Below are positions 49,206 through 58,594 of a DNA stretch of 64,000 bases, one piece after another. Under the pieces are notes generated by a model, which was not told where the DNA came from, ran no database searches, and worked only from the letters and a program-made list of their open reading frames with translations. Positions within the stretch are counted from its first letter, which is position 1, and each line of letters opens with the position of its first letter. Location: positions 66,738-130,737 of the forward strand of contig DAIQBK010000003.1 in assembly GCA_036781205.1 (NCBI GenBank), written 5' to 3'. This DNA is from Myxococcaceae bacterium. Lineage in GTDB: Bacteria > Myxococcota > Myxococcia > Myxococcales > Myxococcaceae. The position numbers and the translations under genes were made by a program.

Positions 49206-52129
49206 CGCCGGAACGCTGGCAAAAAATCGATCAGCTGTTCGCCGAGGCCTTGGAACAAGAGCCCAGCAGGCGCGCCGCCTTTCTCGCTCGCGTCTGCGCG
49301 GGCGATCAACAGCTGCATCGCGAGGTAGCGAGCCTGCTCGCCGCGCACGAGCAATCTTCCAGCGGCATCGATGCGCCGGGATTGGACAAGGCGGCCGAGC
49401 TGCTTCTCGGTGCCGAGGCGCCGCAACCGTTCAAGGGAAACGATCCGCGGTTTGCCGGCGCTGCGCCCAAGACGGTGATTCAATCCGGCGGGGAAGTCAC
49501 CCAGAGGGGCGAGCCCGCGGTCGGGGCGAGCCGGGTCTCGCTGGAGCGAGGCGCCGCCCTCGGGCGTTACGTGATTCTCGAGCACCTCGGCGGCGGCGGG
49601 ATGGGCATTGTCTACACCGCCTATGATCCGCAGCTCGATCGCAAGGTGGCGATCAAGCTTTTGCGCTTCCACCACTCGCCCGCGATGGACGCCAGCGAGG
49701 GCCGGGCGCGCTTGCTTCGGGAGGCGCAGGCTCTCGGTCGACTGGCCCACCCGAATGTGATCTCGGTGTTCGATGTCGGCACGTTCGAGGACCAGGTTTT
49801 CATCGCGATGGAGTACGTCGACGGCTCCACCCTCACCGCTTGGCTCACCGAACGCGACCGGTCCTGGCGAGAAATATTGAGCCTTTTCTTGCAGGCCGGG
49901 CGGGGGCTCGCCGCCGCGCACGAAGCCGGATTGGTGCACCGCGACTTCAAGCCGGACAACGTCCTCATCGGCCGCGATGGCCGCGCCCGGGTACTGGACT
50001 TTGGGCTCGCGCGCCCGGCGCTATGGCCCGACGAGGGCGAGACGCCCGCGCCCACGATCATCAGCCCGGTCGAACCGATCTGGAGCGAAGGTTCGAACGA
50101 TGATCCGCTGCACGCGCGAATCACCCGGCCCGGCTTTCTGGTCGGCACCCCCACCTACATGGCGCCCGAGCAGTTGATCGGCGGTCCCGCCGATCAGCGC
50201 ACCGATCAATTCAGCTTCTGCACCGCTCTCTACGAAGCGCTCTATCGCGTGCTCCCATTTGGCGAGGGAGTGCGCCCGATCCCCGGACGCGCGGAAGTCC
50301 AGCCCGCCCCGAAGCAAAGCCACGTCCCGAACTGGTTGAGGCGGACGATCCTGCACGGGCTGCGGCTCGATCCGAACGAGCGCCATCCCTCGATGGGCGC
50401 GCTTCTTCACGAGCTGGAGCGCGACCCGGCCAAGCGAAACCGGCGAGCGTTCGCCGTCGCGGCCGCAGCGCTGATGCTGACCGGCGGACTGTGGGCATAC
50501 CAGAGGGTCCGAAAGCAACAAGATGAGCTCTGCCAGGGAGCGCAACAACAATTGGCGGGGATCTGGGGCAGCGAGCGAAAGGCGGCCGTGTCCGCGGCGT
50601 TCCTGTCCACCGGCAAGCCCTACGCAACCGATGCCTTCAATCGGATGGCTTCGATCCTCGATCGCTACGCCGCGAATTGGGCCTCGATGCAGACCGGCGC
50701 CTGCATCGCTACGCGCGTGCGCGGCGAACAATCCGAGGAGTTGATGGACTTGCGGATGCACTGCCTGGCGCAGCGACTCGCAGAGCTCAAGGCCACCACC
50801 GAGCTGTTGACCCGAGCCGATGAGTCCTCGGTGACGCAAGCCGTGAACACCGCCCAGGCGTTGACCAGCCTCGATGGCTGCGCGGATACCCCCACGCTCA
50901 AGGCGATCATCCGACCGCCCTCGGACCCGCAGGCTCGCGCCAAGGTGGACCAATTGCGCCAAAGGCTTGCTCCCGCGAAGGCGCTGCTCGACGCGGGAAA
51001 GTACGCGGAAGGCCTTGAACGTGTGATCCCGATGGCGCAGGAGGCCAAGGCGCTGCACTACCGGCCGCTCGAGGCCGAAGCGCTCTTCTTGCTCGGTGCT
51101 CTGCAGTTTCGCGCTGGCGATTACCGAGCTGGCGAGCAGACCCTCAAAGAGGCGGTGCTGGCCGCCGAAGCCGGAGCGCACCACGAGCTGATTGCCCAAG
51201 CTGCAAGTATGCTGGTGTTCGTCACCTACTCGCTCACGAAGTACGAGCAAAGCCTCGAGTGGGGTCAGCGCGCAGCCGCAGTGATCGAGCGGCTGGGTGG
51301 AAATGAGCGGTTGTTGGCGCAACTGCTGCCGAATTTAGGGGTGGTCTATCAGCGGCTGAGCCGATTCGACGAGGCGTTCGCCAGTCATCGGCGGGCGCTG
51401 GAGATCGACGAGCGCCTTTTTGGCAAGGACGACTACACGGTGGGCCGGATGCTTGGCGTGCTGGGCGTTGCCTATGGGGATACCGACCAGTATCAAAAGG
51501 CGGTCGACCACTACCGCCAAGCGCTTTCGGTTCTGGAAAAGTCGGTCGGCCCCTGGCATCCCCAGGTCGGCACGACTTTGAACAACCTCGGTTTGGATCT
51601 CCGTTTGCTCGGCAGGCGGGAAGAGGCCGCTTCAGCGTTCAAACGGGCGCTGGAGCTTCGAGAGCGCGCCCTTGGACCGAACCACGTCGAGGTCGCGGTC
51701 ACGCTGACCAATTTCGGCACTCTTCTGGCCGAGCAGGGACACTGGACGCAGGCCCTCGCGCAGTTCCAACGCGCGCAGACCATCCACGAAAACGCCCTTG
51801 GTCCCGAGCATCCGCGCCTGGGGTGGATTCTGGCCGGGCTCGGAAACGCGTATCTGGCGCTGGGCATGCCGGAGAAGGCGGTCGCCCCGCTTCGCCGCGC
51901 CGTGGCGTTGATGGAAGGGCACCCGGGAACGCCGACCAATCTCGCGGACGGCCAATTCGCGCTTGCGCGCGCCCTGAGAACTACCGGCAAGGATCCGGCC
52001 GAGGCCCGGATTTTCGCGCTCAAGGCCCGCGAAGCGTATGCGGCGGGCGGACAACGGTTCCGATCCACCCTCGAGGAAGTAGACGCCTGGCTGCGCGCCA
52101 ACGAGAAGCGGCGGGCTCGCGGCTACTGA
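49202..52129 (+). CDS. transmembrane Ser/Thr protein kinase with C-terminal TPR (TPR_12-like) domain
   Basis: The ATG overlaps the sigma stop (ATGA at 49202-49205). Kinase motifs are GGGGMGIVY, VAIK, HRDFKPDN, DFG and GTPTYMAPE. It has a TM helix (AFAVAAAALMLTGGLWAY) and many TPR units. Confidence 0.9.
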   Translation: MTPERWQKIDQLFAEALEQEPSRRAAFLARVCAGDQQLHREVASLLAAHEQSSSGIDAPGLDKAAELLLGAEAPQPFKGNDPRFAGAAPKTVIQSGGEVTQRGEPAVGASRVSLERGAALGRYVILEHLGGGGMGIVYTAYDPQLDRKVAIKLLRFHHSPAMDASEGRARLLREAQALGRLAHPNVISVFDVGTFEDQVFIAMEYVDGSTLTAWLTERDRSWREILSLFLQAGRGLAAAHEAGLVHRDFKPDNVLIGRDGRARVLDFGLARPALWPDEGETPAPTIISPVEPIWSEGSNDDPLHARITRPGFLVGTPTYMAPEQLIGGPADQRTDQFSFCTALYEALYRVLPFGEGVRPIPGRAEVQPAPKQSHVPNWLRRTILHGLRLDPNERHPSMGALLHELERDPAKRNRRAFAVAAAALMLTGGLWAYQRVRKQQDELCQGAQQQLAGIWGSERKAAVSAAFLSTGKPYATDAFNRMASILDRYAANWASMQTGACIATRVRGEQSEELMDLRMHCLAQRLAELKATTELLTRADESSVTQAVNTAQALTSLDGCADTPTLKAIIRPPSDPQARAKVDQLRQRLAPAKALLDAGKYAEGLERVIPMAQEAKALHYRPLEAEALFLLGALQFRAGDYRAGEQTLKEAVLAAEAGAHHELIAQAASMLVFVTYSLTKYEQSLEWGQRAAAVIERLGGNERLLAQLLPNLGVVYQRLSRFDEAFASHRRALEIDERLFGKDDYTVGRMLGVLGVAYGDTDQYQKAVDHYRQALSVLEKSVGPWHPQVGTTLNNLGLDLRLLGRREEAASAFKRALELRERALGPNHVEVAVTLTNFGTLLAEQGHWTQALAQFQRAQTIHENALGPEHPRLGWILAGLGNAYLALGMPEKAVAPLRRAVALMEGHPGTPTNLADGQFALARALRTTGKDPAEARIFALKAREAYAAGGQRFRSTLEEVDAWLRANEKRRARGY

Positions 52130-53799
52130 ACGGTGAATACCTTGATTGCCAACCGGGCTCGCTCGGCGCCGGCGCGCGCAACGATGTGATAAACCCCGGG
52201 GGAGAGCGGAGCGGTGTAAACACCCCCGCTCACGCCTCCGCCCGCGGCCCCCTCTTCTATTTCCCAATTCACTGCGCCGCTCTCCGCTGCCGGTCCGCTC
52301 GCCGAGAGCGGCAGGATCGTGCCGATGTTGACGCGGTAGGCCTCGGCGCTCACGCGCAACGCGCCGCTCGTCGACTGGGCTGCGCCGGCCTGCCACTCTT
52401 CCGCGACCGGTTCGGCCTCCTCGCTCGAGTTGGCGATTTGCGCTTGGCCCGACGCGGCAGACGGACAGTCAGCGCAGGTCGAGAACATCGACTGAAAGAA
52501 CATCCCTAGCGGCGGCGTCGCGTTCCCGAAGATCGGATGGGGAACGCCATCGTCGGTGTAGAAGGCAGAGAAGTAGTCTCCCACCATCCGACCTGAGCTG
52601 GTATTGGCGATCCAGTTCACCAACATCGGACCTCCGACGTCGACCGGATCGGTCCACGACTGCCCGCCGTCGGAAGAGGTGATGAATCCAACCGTCAGCT
52701 GGCAGGTGGAAACGGAGCAGCTCGCCTGGGGGTAGTAATAGAAGACGACCGCCAAGCCGACGTTGGGCGCGAAGCTATTTCGATCGGCGCCCAGCCCTGG
52801 GAGAAAGTGATCGGCATTGCTGGAGACGTCATCGATCGGAATCCGGGTGACCGGCGACCAGGTCTCGCCGTCTGCGCTGCTCGTGATCACGATGTCGTTG
52901 GAGTGGCAAGCGGTTCGAAAGCGACAGTCTCCCCAGACGACATAGATGGTGCCATCGCCGTCGATCGCCGCCGAGGGCAAGTCCGCGTCGCGGATGCCTC
53001 CGGCCACGTTGTGCTCGTTCACGTTCGCGACCGCGACGGGCGCGCCCCAGCTATTGCCTCCATCGTCGGAGAAGAAGGCCCGAATGTTTCCGCCGAAGTT
53101 GGCGTAGGGGACCAACACCCTCCCGCTCGGCTGTGACAACGGCTGACCGCCCAGGCCGCTCGCGCGGCCCGATGTCGCCACCGGCGTCCCCCAGGTCGCC
53201 CCGCCGTCACTCGAGGTCGTCATCAGAATCACGCCACCGGAGCCGACGTCATCCCACTCGATGTAGCAGTTGCCGAAGAATGGGCTGGTGGGCCAGTTGT
53301 CACAAGTCATCCAGGTTTTGTCGAACGAGCCGCTGAAGGCCTGGTAAACCGTAATTGGGTCGTCCCAGTTCAAACCGTCCGCGGATCGGCTGAGGAATAC
53401 TTCACGAGTACCGTTACCCACCGGCAGCGAAACGACTTCCCACAGACCGAACGCCGCATTGTAGGAAAGCGACGGATCGCTCACGCTCTGATAGCGGGTC
53501 CCTCCGACCCAGATGGTGAGCCCCGGCAGCGAGCCTTGTTGCCAGGTGGCGCCACCATCGAGCGACGTCGCAAACCCGATGTCGCTGGAGCCGCCTCCGA
53601 AAATGCGGCCCTGCTGAAAGACCGCGACGATGGTTGAGCCATTCGCGAAGATTTGCGGCTCGACCTCGGTCATGTGTTGACTGCCTGCATTGGTGAAGGG
53701 ATCGGTGCTGACTTGCACCGTGCCGGCGTCAACGCTCGCAGCCAGGAGAAGGCCGAAACCAACGAGGGTAACGAGCGAAAGACGAAGTTGTCGAGTCAT
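52123..53799 (-). CDS. secreted BNR/Asp-box repeat (sialidase-fold-like) protein with C-terminal Ig-like domain
   Basis: Signal peptide, Asp-boxes (SLDGGATW, SSDGGATW, SDDGGNSW, SSDGGQSW), and a C-terminal ~80-aa Ig-like segment. Confidence 0.7.
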   Translation of the reverse strand: MTRQLRLSLVTLVGFGLLLAASVDAGTVQVSTDPFTNAGSQHMTEVEPQIFANGSTIVAVFQQGRIFGGGSSDIGFATSLDGGATWQQGSLPGLTIWVGGTRYQSVSDPSLSYNAAFGLWEVVSLPVGNGTREVFLSRSADGLNWDDPITVYQAFSGSFDKTWMTCDNWPTSPFFGNCYIEWDDVGSGGVILMTTSSDGGATWGTPVATSGRASGLGGQPLSQPSGRVLVPYANFGGNIRAFFSDDGGNSWGAPVAVANVNEHNVAGGIRDADLPSAAIDGDGTIYVVWGDCRFRTACHSNDIVITSSADGETWSPVTRIPIDDVSSNADHFLPGLGADRNSFAPNVGLAVVFYYYPQASCSVSTCQLTVGFITSSDGGQSWTDPVDVGGPMLVNWIANTSSGRMVGDYFSAFYTDDGVPHPIFGNATPPLGMFFQSMFSTCADCPSAASGQAQIANSSEEAEPVAEEWQAGAAQSTSGALRVSAEAYRVNIGTILPLSASGPAAESGAVNWEIEEGAAGGGVSGGVYTAPLSPGVYHIVARAGAERARLAIKVFTVQ

Positions 53800-53907
53800 C
53801 GATGCAAGGTGGCGTGTAGCACCGCCTCGAATTGGGCGTCAAAGAATTTAAAGCGCGCAACGCCGGCCGTGCCGCGGTGTCAACGTTTGAATGGGCTAAA
53901 GCCGGAG

Positions 53908-55563
53908 CTAGCGAACGGTGAATACTTCTATCGCCAGCCGAGCCCGCTCGGATCCGCTCGAGGCCACCACGTGATAAGTGCCGGGTGAGAGCGGTGCGAT
54001 GTAAACGCCGGAGCGGCTCACGCTGCCGGCCGACTCGCCTTCCTCCACTGTCCACTCCACCGCGGCATTGCGTACCGCCGGCCCGCTCGCGACGAGCGGC
54101 AGGTGGGTACCGATGTTGACGCGAGACCCTTCGGCGCTGATCAGCAGGGCGCCACTGTCCGATTGGGCGGTCGCGGGCTGCCACGCCGTCACCGGCTCGG
54201 CGCCAGTGACGACTCTTCCACCTGATGCCGCGCGGGGCGTTGCAGGGCAATCGACGCAGGTGGAGAAGATCGACTCGAAGAACGTCCCCATCGGCTCCCC
54301 GGCGACCGCGAACACAGGGTGGGGAATCCCATCGTCGGTGTAGAAGACGGAGAAGTAGTCTCCAACCATCCGACCCGAGATGGTATCCGGCAGCCAATTC
54401 AGCGACATCGGTCCACCGAGATCAATCGGAGCGGACCAGGAGCCACCGCCGTCTGTCGAGGTGATGAATCCAGCGGTCAACTGGCAGGTCGAAACTGTGC
54501 AGTTGGCTTGGGGATAGTAGTAGTAAACCAGCGCCAATCCGACGCTGGGTGCAGAGCTGTTCCGGTCCGCCCCAATGCCTGCAAGGAAGTGATCGGCAGG
54601 GCTGGCGATGTCATCGATCGGGACGCGAGTCACCGTCGACCAGTTGAGGCCATCGGTGCTGCTGGTGATCACCACATCGTTCGCTCGGCACGAGCCGCGG
54701 AAACGGCAGTCCGCCCAGACCACGTAAATGGTTCCATCGCCGTCGATCGCCGCGGAGGGCAAGTTGAAATCGCGGATGCCTCCCCCCAAGCGATGTTCGA
54801 TGATCGTTGCCGCGCCGGTCGACGAGCTCCAACCGTTTCCGCCGTTATCGGAAATGAACACGCGAATCTCGCTGTAGGTCGTGTACGGGACCACCACCCT
54901 TCCACTGGGCTGCACCAGCGGTTGACCGCCGAGGCCGCTTGCGCGATCTGCGGTGGTCACCGGAGGCGACCAGGTCGCCCCTCCGTCGGTGGAAGTCGTC
55001 ATCAAAATTCTGCCGCCGGCGCCCACGTCGTCCCACTCGATGTAGCAATTACCGAAAAAGGGGCTGCTGGGTGAGTTGTCACAAATAATCCATGGCTTGT
55101 CGAAGGACGACGACCCCGTCGCGGAATAGACGGTGATCGGATTATCCCAGTTCAAACCGTCGCCCGATCGGCTCACGAAGATTTCCTGATTTCCAAAGCC
55201 AACCGGCAGTGTTTCGATCAGCCAAATTCCGAACGCGGCATTGTACGCGATGGAGGGATCACTCACGCTTCGATATCGGTCGCCGCCCGCCCAAATAGTG
55301 ATTCCCGGCAGGGACCCGTCCTGCCAGGTGAGACCCGAGTCGGTGGAGGTTGCAAACCCGATGTCGCTGCACCCACCGCCCTCGAACCGGCCTTGTTGAA
55401 ATGTCGCAACGATGGTTGAGCCGTTTCCATAAATCTGCGTCTCAACTTCTGTCAGGTGTTGGCTGTCAAAATTGCTGAAGGGATCCGAGCTGATCTGAAC
55501 CGTTCCCGCCGCAGAGACATCCAGGGAAACCAGAGTGATGGAGAGCACGAGGTGTCGGATCAT
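53908..55563 (-). CDS. secreted BNR/Asp-box repeat protein, tandem paralogue of 52123..53799
   Basis: 72 of the first 100 post-signal residues are identical to the neighbour in a hand alignment, and domain order is the same. ATG at 55563; the track start at 55581 is GTG. Confidence 0.7.
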   Translation of the reverse strand: MIRHLVLSITLVSLDVSAAGTVQISSDPFSNFDSQHLTEVETQIYGNGSTIVATFQQGRFEGGGCSDIGFATSTDSGLTWQDGSLPGITIWAGGDRYRSVSDPSIAYNAAFGIWLIETLPVGFGNQEIFVSRSGDGLNWDNPITVYSATGSSSFDKPWIICDNSPSSPFFGNCYIEWDDVGAGGRILMTTSTDGGATWSPPVTTADRASGLGGQPLVQPSGRVVVPYTTYSEIRVFISDNGGNGWSSSTGAATIIEHRLGGGIRDFNLPSAAIDGDGTIYVVWADCRFRGSCRANDVVITSSTDGLNWSTVTRVPIDDIASPADHFLAGIGADRNSSAPSVGLALVYYYYPQANCTVSTCQLTAGFITSTDGGGSWSAPIDLGGPMSLNWLPDTISGRMVGDYFSVFYTDDGIPHPVFAVAGEPMGTFFESIFSTCVDCPATPRAASGGRVVTGAEPVTAWQPATAQSDSGALLISAEGSRVNIGTHLPLVASGPAVRNAAVEWTVEEGESAGSVSRSGVYIAPLSPGTYHVVASSGSERARLAIEVFTVR

Positions 55564-55597
55564 GGCCGAGCGCTCTAACACCGCTTCAGAGCGCCCG

Positions 55598-56617
55598 TCA
55601 AAGCAACACGGCCTTCTTAAGCGCTTTGCCGAACGCGCTCGTTGGGTCGTGAAGGTCGCCGTAGGTGAGTCGCAGGACTTTCCAGCCTCGCAGGGTCATC
55701 GCGTTGTATCGATCGATGTCGCTTTCCCACGCCTCTCTTCCGGAGTGGAATTGGAACCCTTCGGCCTCGACGATCACCTTTGCCTTTGGCCAGGCGAAAT
55801 CGACGAACCCAAGTACGAAATCATCTGCAACCACCTCATAGTTGCACATCGGTTCGGGCAACCCAAGGCGTCGGAACATTCGCAGTGCCTGACGCTCCAG
55901 CTCACTGTGTATTTCCGGGCTGAAGACTCCGCGCTCAAGTAACCGCGCCACTCGTCGGGTCCCTGCCTTCCGCTCAGTCGGTATCTTCCGCAGTACGTGG
56001 TGAACTTCGTTAACGCTGGCGATTCTCCAGCGAAAAGCGTGCTCCATCGCTTGTTCGACCACATCGTCGTTGCACACGCCCGCCAAATCCACCAAGGTTC
56101 GCGCAGGCGATGTGACCGCCACTCCCTTCCGGGTCCGCTGCATTTGTTTCGGAATCGGCGCGGTTCGATGAAACAACAACCAGCCGCTGTGGTTTCGCTG
56201 GTGGGTCTCTCCACTCATCTCAACTTTGTCGAGCTTTACACCATCCAAGTCCCAAAGCTGCGCTGCGGTGCGATGCGAAATGCAAGCGAGTGGGCCGGCC
56301 CAAAGCGATGCGCACCATACCCTCTGGATCCATGTCGGCTCCGCCCAACTCATGCGCCATACGCCTGGCAACTCGCGCACCCACTGACCGGTTCGCACCC
56401 GCCGGTGAATCTGGTGACGCGTGATACCTAACCGCTTCAGATCGCGCCACGCAACGAGCCCATGCTGCTGCTTCGCGATCCGCTCAAGCTGAACGTCGGT
56501 CCGATTCACGGTCGCGAGCAGAAAAGCACGCCCATCTGACAGCAGACTGTCACAGATCTGGCTGCCGCCAGCCAGATCTGTGACAAGCATCTGCTGAACG
56601 CGCTCAACCCGGGGCAT
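55598..56617 (-). CDS. DUF559 (Vsr-like endonuclease fold) protein with AbiEi-like N-terminal domain
   Basis: C-terminal motif FVDFAWPKAKVIVEAEGFQFHSGREAWESDIDRYNAMTLRGWKVLRLTYGDL is typical of DUF559. The N-terminal winged-helix-like region is of the kind seen in AbiEi_4 proteins. Confidence 0.65.
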   Translation of the reverse strand: MPRVERVQQMLVTDLAGGSQICDSLLSDGRAFLLATVNRTDVQLERIAKQQHGLVAWRDLKRLGITRHQIHRRVRTGQWVRELPGVWRMSWAEPTWIQRVWCASLWAGPLACISHRTAAQLWDLDGVKLDKVEMSGETHQRNHSGWLLFHRTAPIPKQMQRTRKGVAVTSPARTLVDLAGVCNDDVVEQAMEHAFRWRIASVNEVHHVLRKIPTERKAGTRRVARLLERGVFSPEIHSELERQALRMFRRLGLPEPMCNYEVVADDFVLGFVDFAWPKAKVIVEAEGFQFHSGREAWESDIDRYNAMTLRGWKVLRLTYGDLHDPTSAFGKALKKAVLL

Positions 56618-56691
56618 TTCTCATTTGGGCGGAGAGCGCTGGCTCGCGTTCGAGCCGGTGTTTGAAATATGAGCACGGCTAAGGAGGACTT

Positions 56692-58011
56692 ATGCTCAGG
56701 CGAATTCGAGTAGGCGACCCATCGGCAGCGAGCCATTCCCCTGGAGCGATCCCGGGGACCAGGCGCCGAGATTTCCTTCGTCAGAGCGCATTGCTCGCAA
56801 GCTCCGCGCTAGGAGTTCGAGCGATCGCCGCTCCAGGCAGCGTTTCCGCGCCCAGATCAGAGAACCTGCCGCCAAACACGCCCCGCTGGATGAAGGTCCA
56901 AGGCGAGCCAGTGGTGAGCGCGCCCTATGGCGTACCGTCCCGGTATGAGGCGGACGTGATCCGCCGGGCGACGAACATCACGCCGACCCTCTGGTCTTCT
57001 TGGAGCTTCACGCCGCTGCAGGACCTCCATGGGATCATCACCCCAAATGGGCTGGTGTTCGAGCGCCATCACGCCGGCACGCCAGACATCAACCCCGAGG
57101 AGCACCGGCTGATGGTGCACGGGTTGGTCAGCCAACCGCTCATCTTTACCATCGAAGACCTGGTCCGGCTTCCGTCCATCTCGCGGATTCACTTCTTGGA
57201 GTGCTCGGGCAACGGGCTGACCGAGTGGAAAGCCCCAAAGGAGAAGACGGTGCAAGGCACTCATGGGCTTTTGAGTTGCTGCGAGTGGACGGGCGTGCCG
57301 CTGTCCACCATTCTCGATGAAGTTGGGTTCAAGCCTCAGGCCAAGTGGATTCTCGCCGAGGGCGCAGACGCCGCGGCGATGTCCCGCAGCATTCCCATCG
57401 AGAAGGCGCTCGATGATGCGCTGCTCATCTACGCGCAGAACGGCGAGATGCTCCGTCCCGAGCAGGGATATCCACTTCGCCTGCTCCTCCCAGGTTTCGA
57501 AGGGAACATGAGCGTCAAATGGCTGCGCCGACTCAAGCTCGGCGAAAAGCCGTTCATGACGCGCGAGGAGACTTCGAAGTACACCGACTTGATCGGAAAC
57601 GGTACTGCCCGACAGTTCACCTTCGTGATGGAAGCGAAGTCCGTAATCACCTTTCCCTCGGGCGGCCATCAACTGAAGAAGCGGGGCCCGTATCGGATTT
57701 CCGGTCTGGCCTGGTCTGGACGAGGACGGATCAGGCGCGTGGATGTTTCGACGGATGGCGGAAGGAACTGGAGGGAAGCGCGCCTGGAGGAACCGATTCT
57801 CACCAAGGCGCTGGTGCGGTTCAGGTTGGCATGGAATTGGGACGGTGGGCCCGCGGTGTTGCAGAGCCGCGCGATCGACGAGACCGGCTACGTCCAGCCG
57901 ACGCGCGATCAAATCGTCGCGGTTCGCGGCACGAACTCTGTGTATCACTACAACGCGATACAAAGTTGGCAGATCACTCAAAACGGCGAGGTGAACAATG
58001 TTCACGCGTGA
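56692..58011 (+). CDS. molybdopterin sulfite dehydrogenase, SoxC/SorA type
   Basis: Tat signal (RRDFLRQSALLASSALG), Mo-ligand Cys motif (FLECSGNG), and sulfite-oxidase family C-terminal dimerisation domain. TAAGGAGGA SD lies upstream. Confidence 0.8.
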   Translation: MLRRIRVGDPSAASHSPGAIPGTRRRDFLRQSALLASSALGVRAIAAPGSVSAPRSENLPPNTPRWMKVQGEPVVSAPYGVPSRYEADVIRRATNITPTLWSSWSFTPLQDLHGIITPNGLVFERHHAGTPDINPEEHRLMVHGLVSQPLIFTIEDLVRLPSISRIHFLECSGNGLTEWKAPKEKTVQGTHGLLSCCEWTGVPLSTILDEVGFKPQAKWILAEGADAAAMSRSIPIEKALDDALLIYAQNGEMLRPEQGYPLRLLLPGFEGNMSVKWLRRLKLGEKPFMTREETSKYTDLIGNGTARQFTFVMEAKSVITFPSGGHQLKKRGPYRISGLAWSGRGRIRRVDVSTDGGRNWREARLEEPILTKALVRFRLAWNWDGGPAVLQSRAIDETGYVQPTRDQIVAVRGTNSVYHYNAIQSWQITQNGEVNNVHA

Positions 58012-58594
58012 TCGAGCCATTGCGAAGGCGATCCTTCTCCTCGTCGCCGGTTCCGCCAGCCTTTGCTGGGCCGCCGAAAAATACGGCCTCGGCCGTGTGG
58101 CAACGCCGCAGGAGATCGCCGGCTGGGATATCGACGTGACGCCAGACGGCGCGGGACTCCCCAAGGGAAGTGGCAACGTGGCGCTGGGAAAGACGGTTTA
58201 TGACAGCCAGTGCGGCGGATGTCACGGCACCAACGGCGAAGGCGCAGCCTGGGATGGAAAAGCGATTGACAGGCTGGTGGGAGGTCAGGGGACGCTCCAC
58301 ACCGCCGCCCCGGTCAAGACGGTCGGCAGTTATTGGCCGTATGCGACGACCCTCTTTAGCTACATCTACGCGACGATGCCCTTTCAGGCTCCGCAGTCGC
58401 TCTCACCCGACGAAGTGTACGCCGTGACCGCGTACATCCTTTACCTCAACGGCATCGTGGGCAAGGACGCGGTAATGAATGCGAAGATTCTTCCCAAGAC
58501 GGCAATGCCGAACCGCCCGAACTTCATCTCGCCCGATCCGCGGCCCGACGTAAAGAGCGTGGCCTGCGAGAAGGACTGCCCGGGCCAACGATAG
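57998..58594 (+). CDS. c-type cytochrome partner subunit (SoxD/SorB-like)
   Basis: Signal peptide and a single haem motif CGGCH. It overlaps the preceding gene by 14 nt. Confidence 0.75.
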   Translation: MFTRDRAIAKAILLLVAGSASLCWAAEKYGLGRVATPQEIAGWDIDVTPDGAGLPKGSGNVALGKTVYDSQCGGCHGTNGEGAAWDGKAIDRLVGGQGTLHTAAPVKTVGSYWPYATTLFSYIYATMPFQAPQSLSPDEVYAVTAYILYLNGIVGKDAVMNAKILPKTAMPNRPNFISPDPRPDVKSVACEKDCPGQR

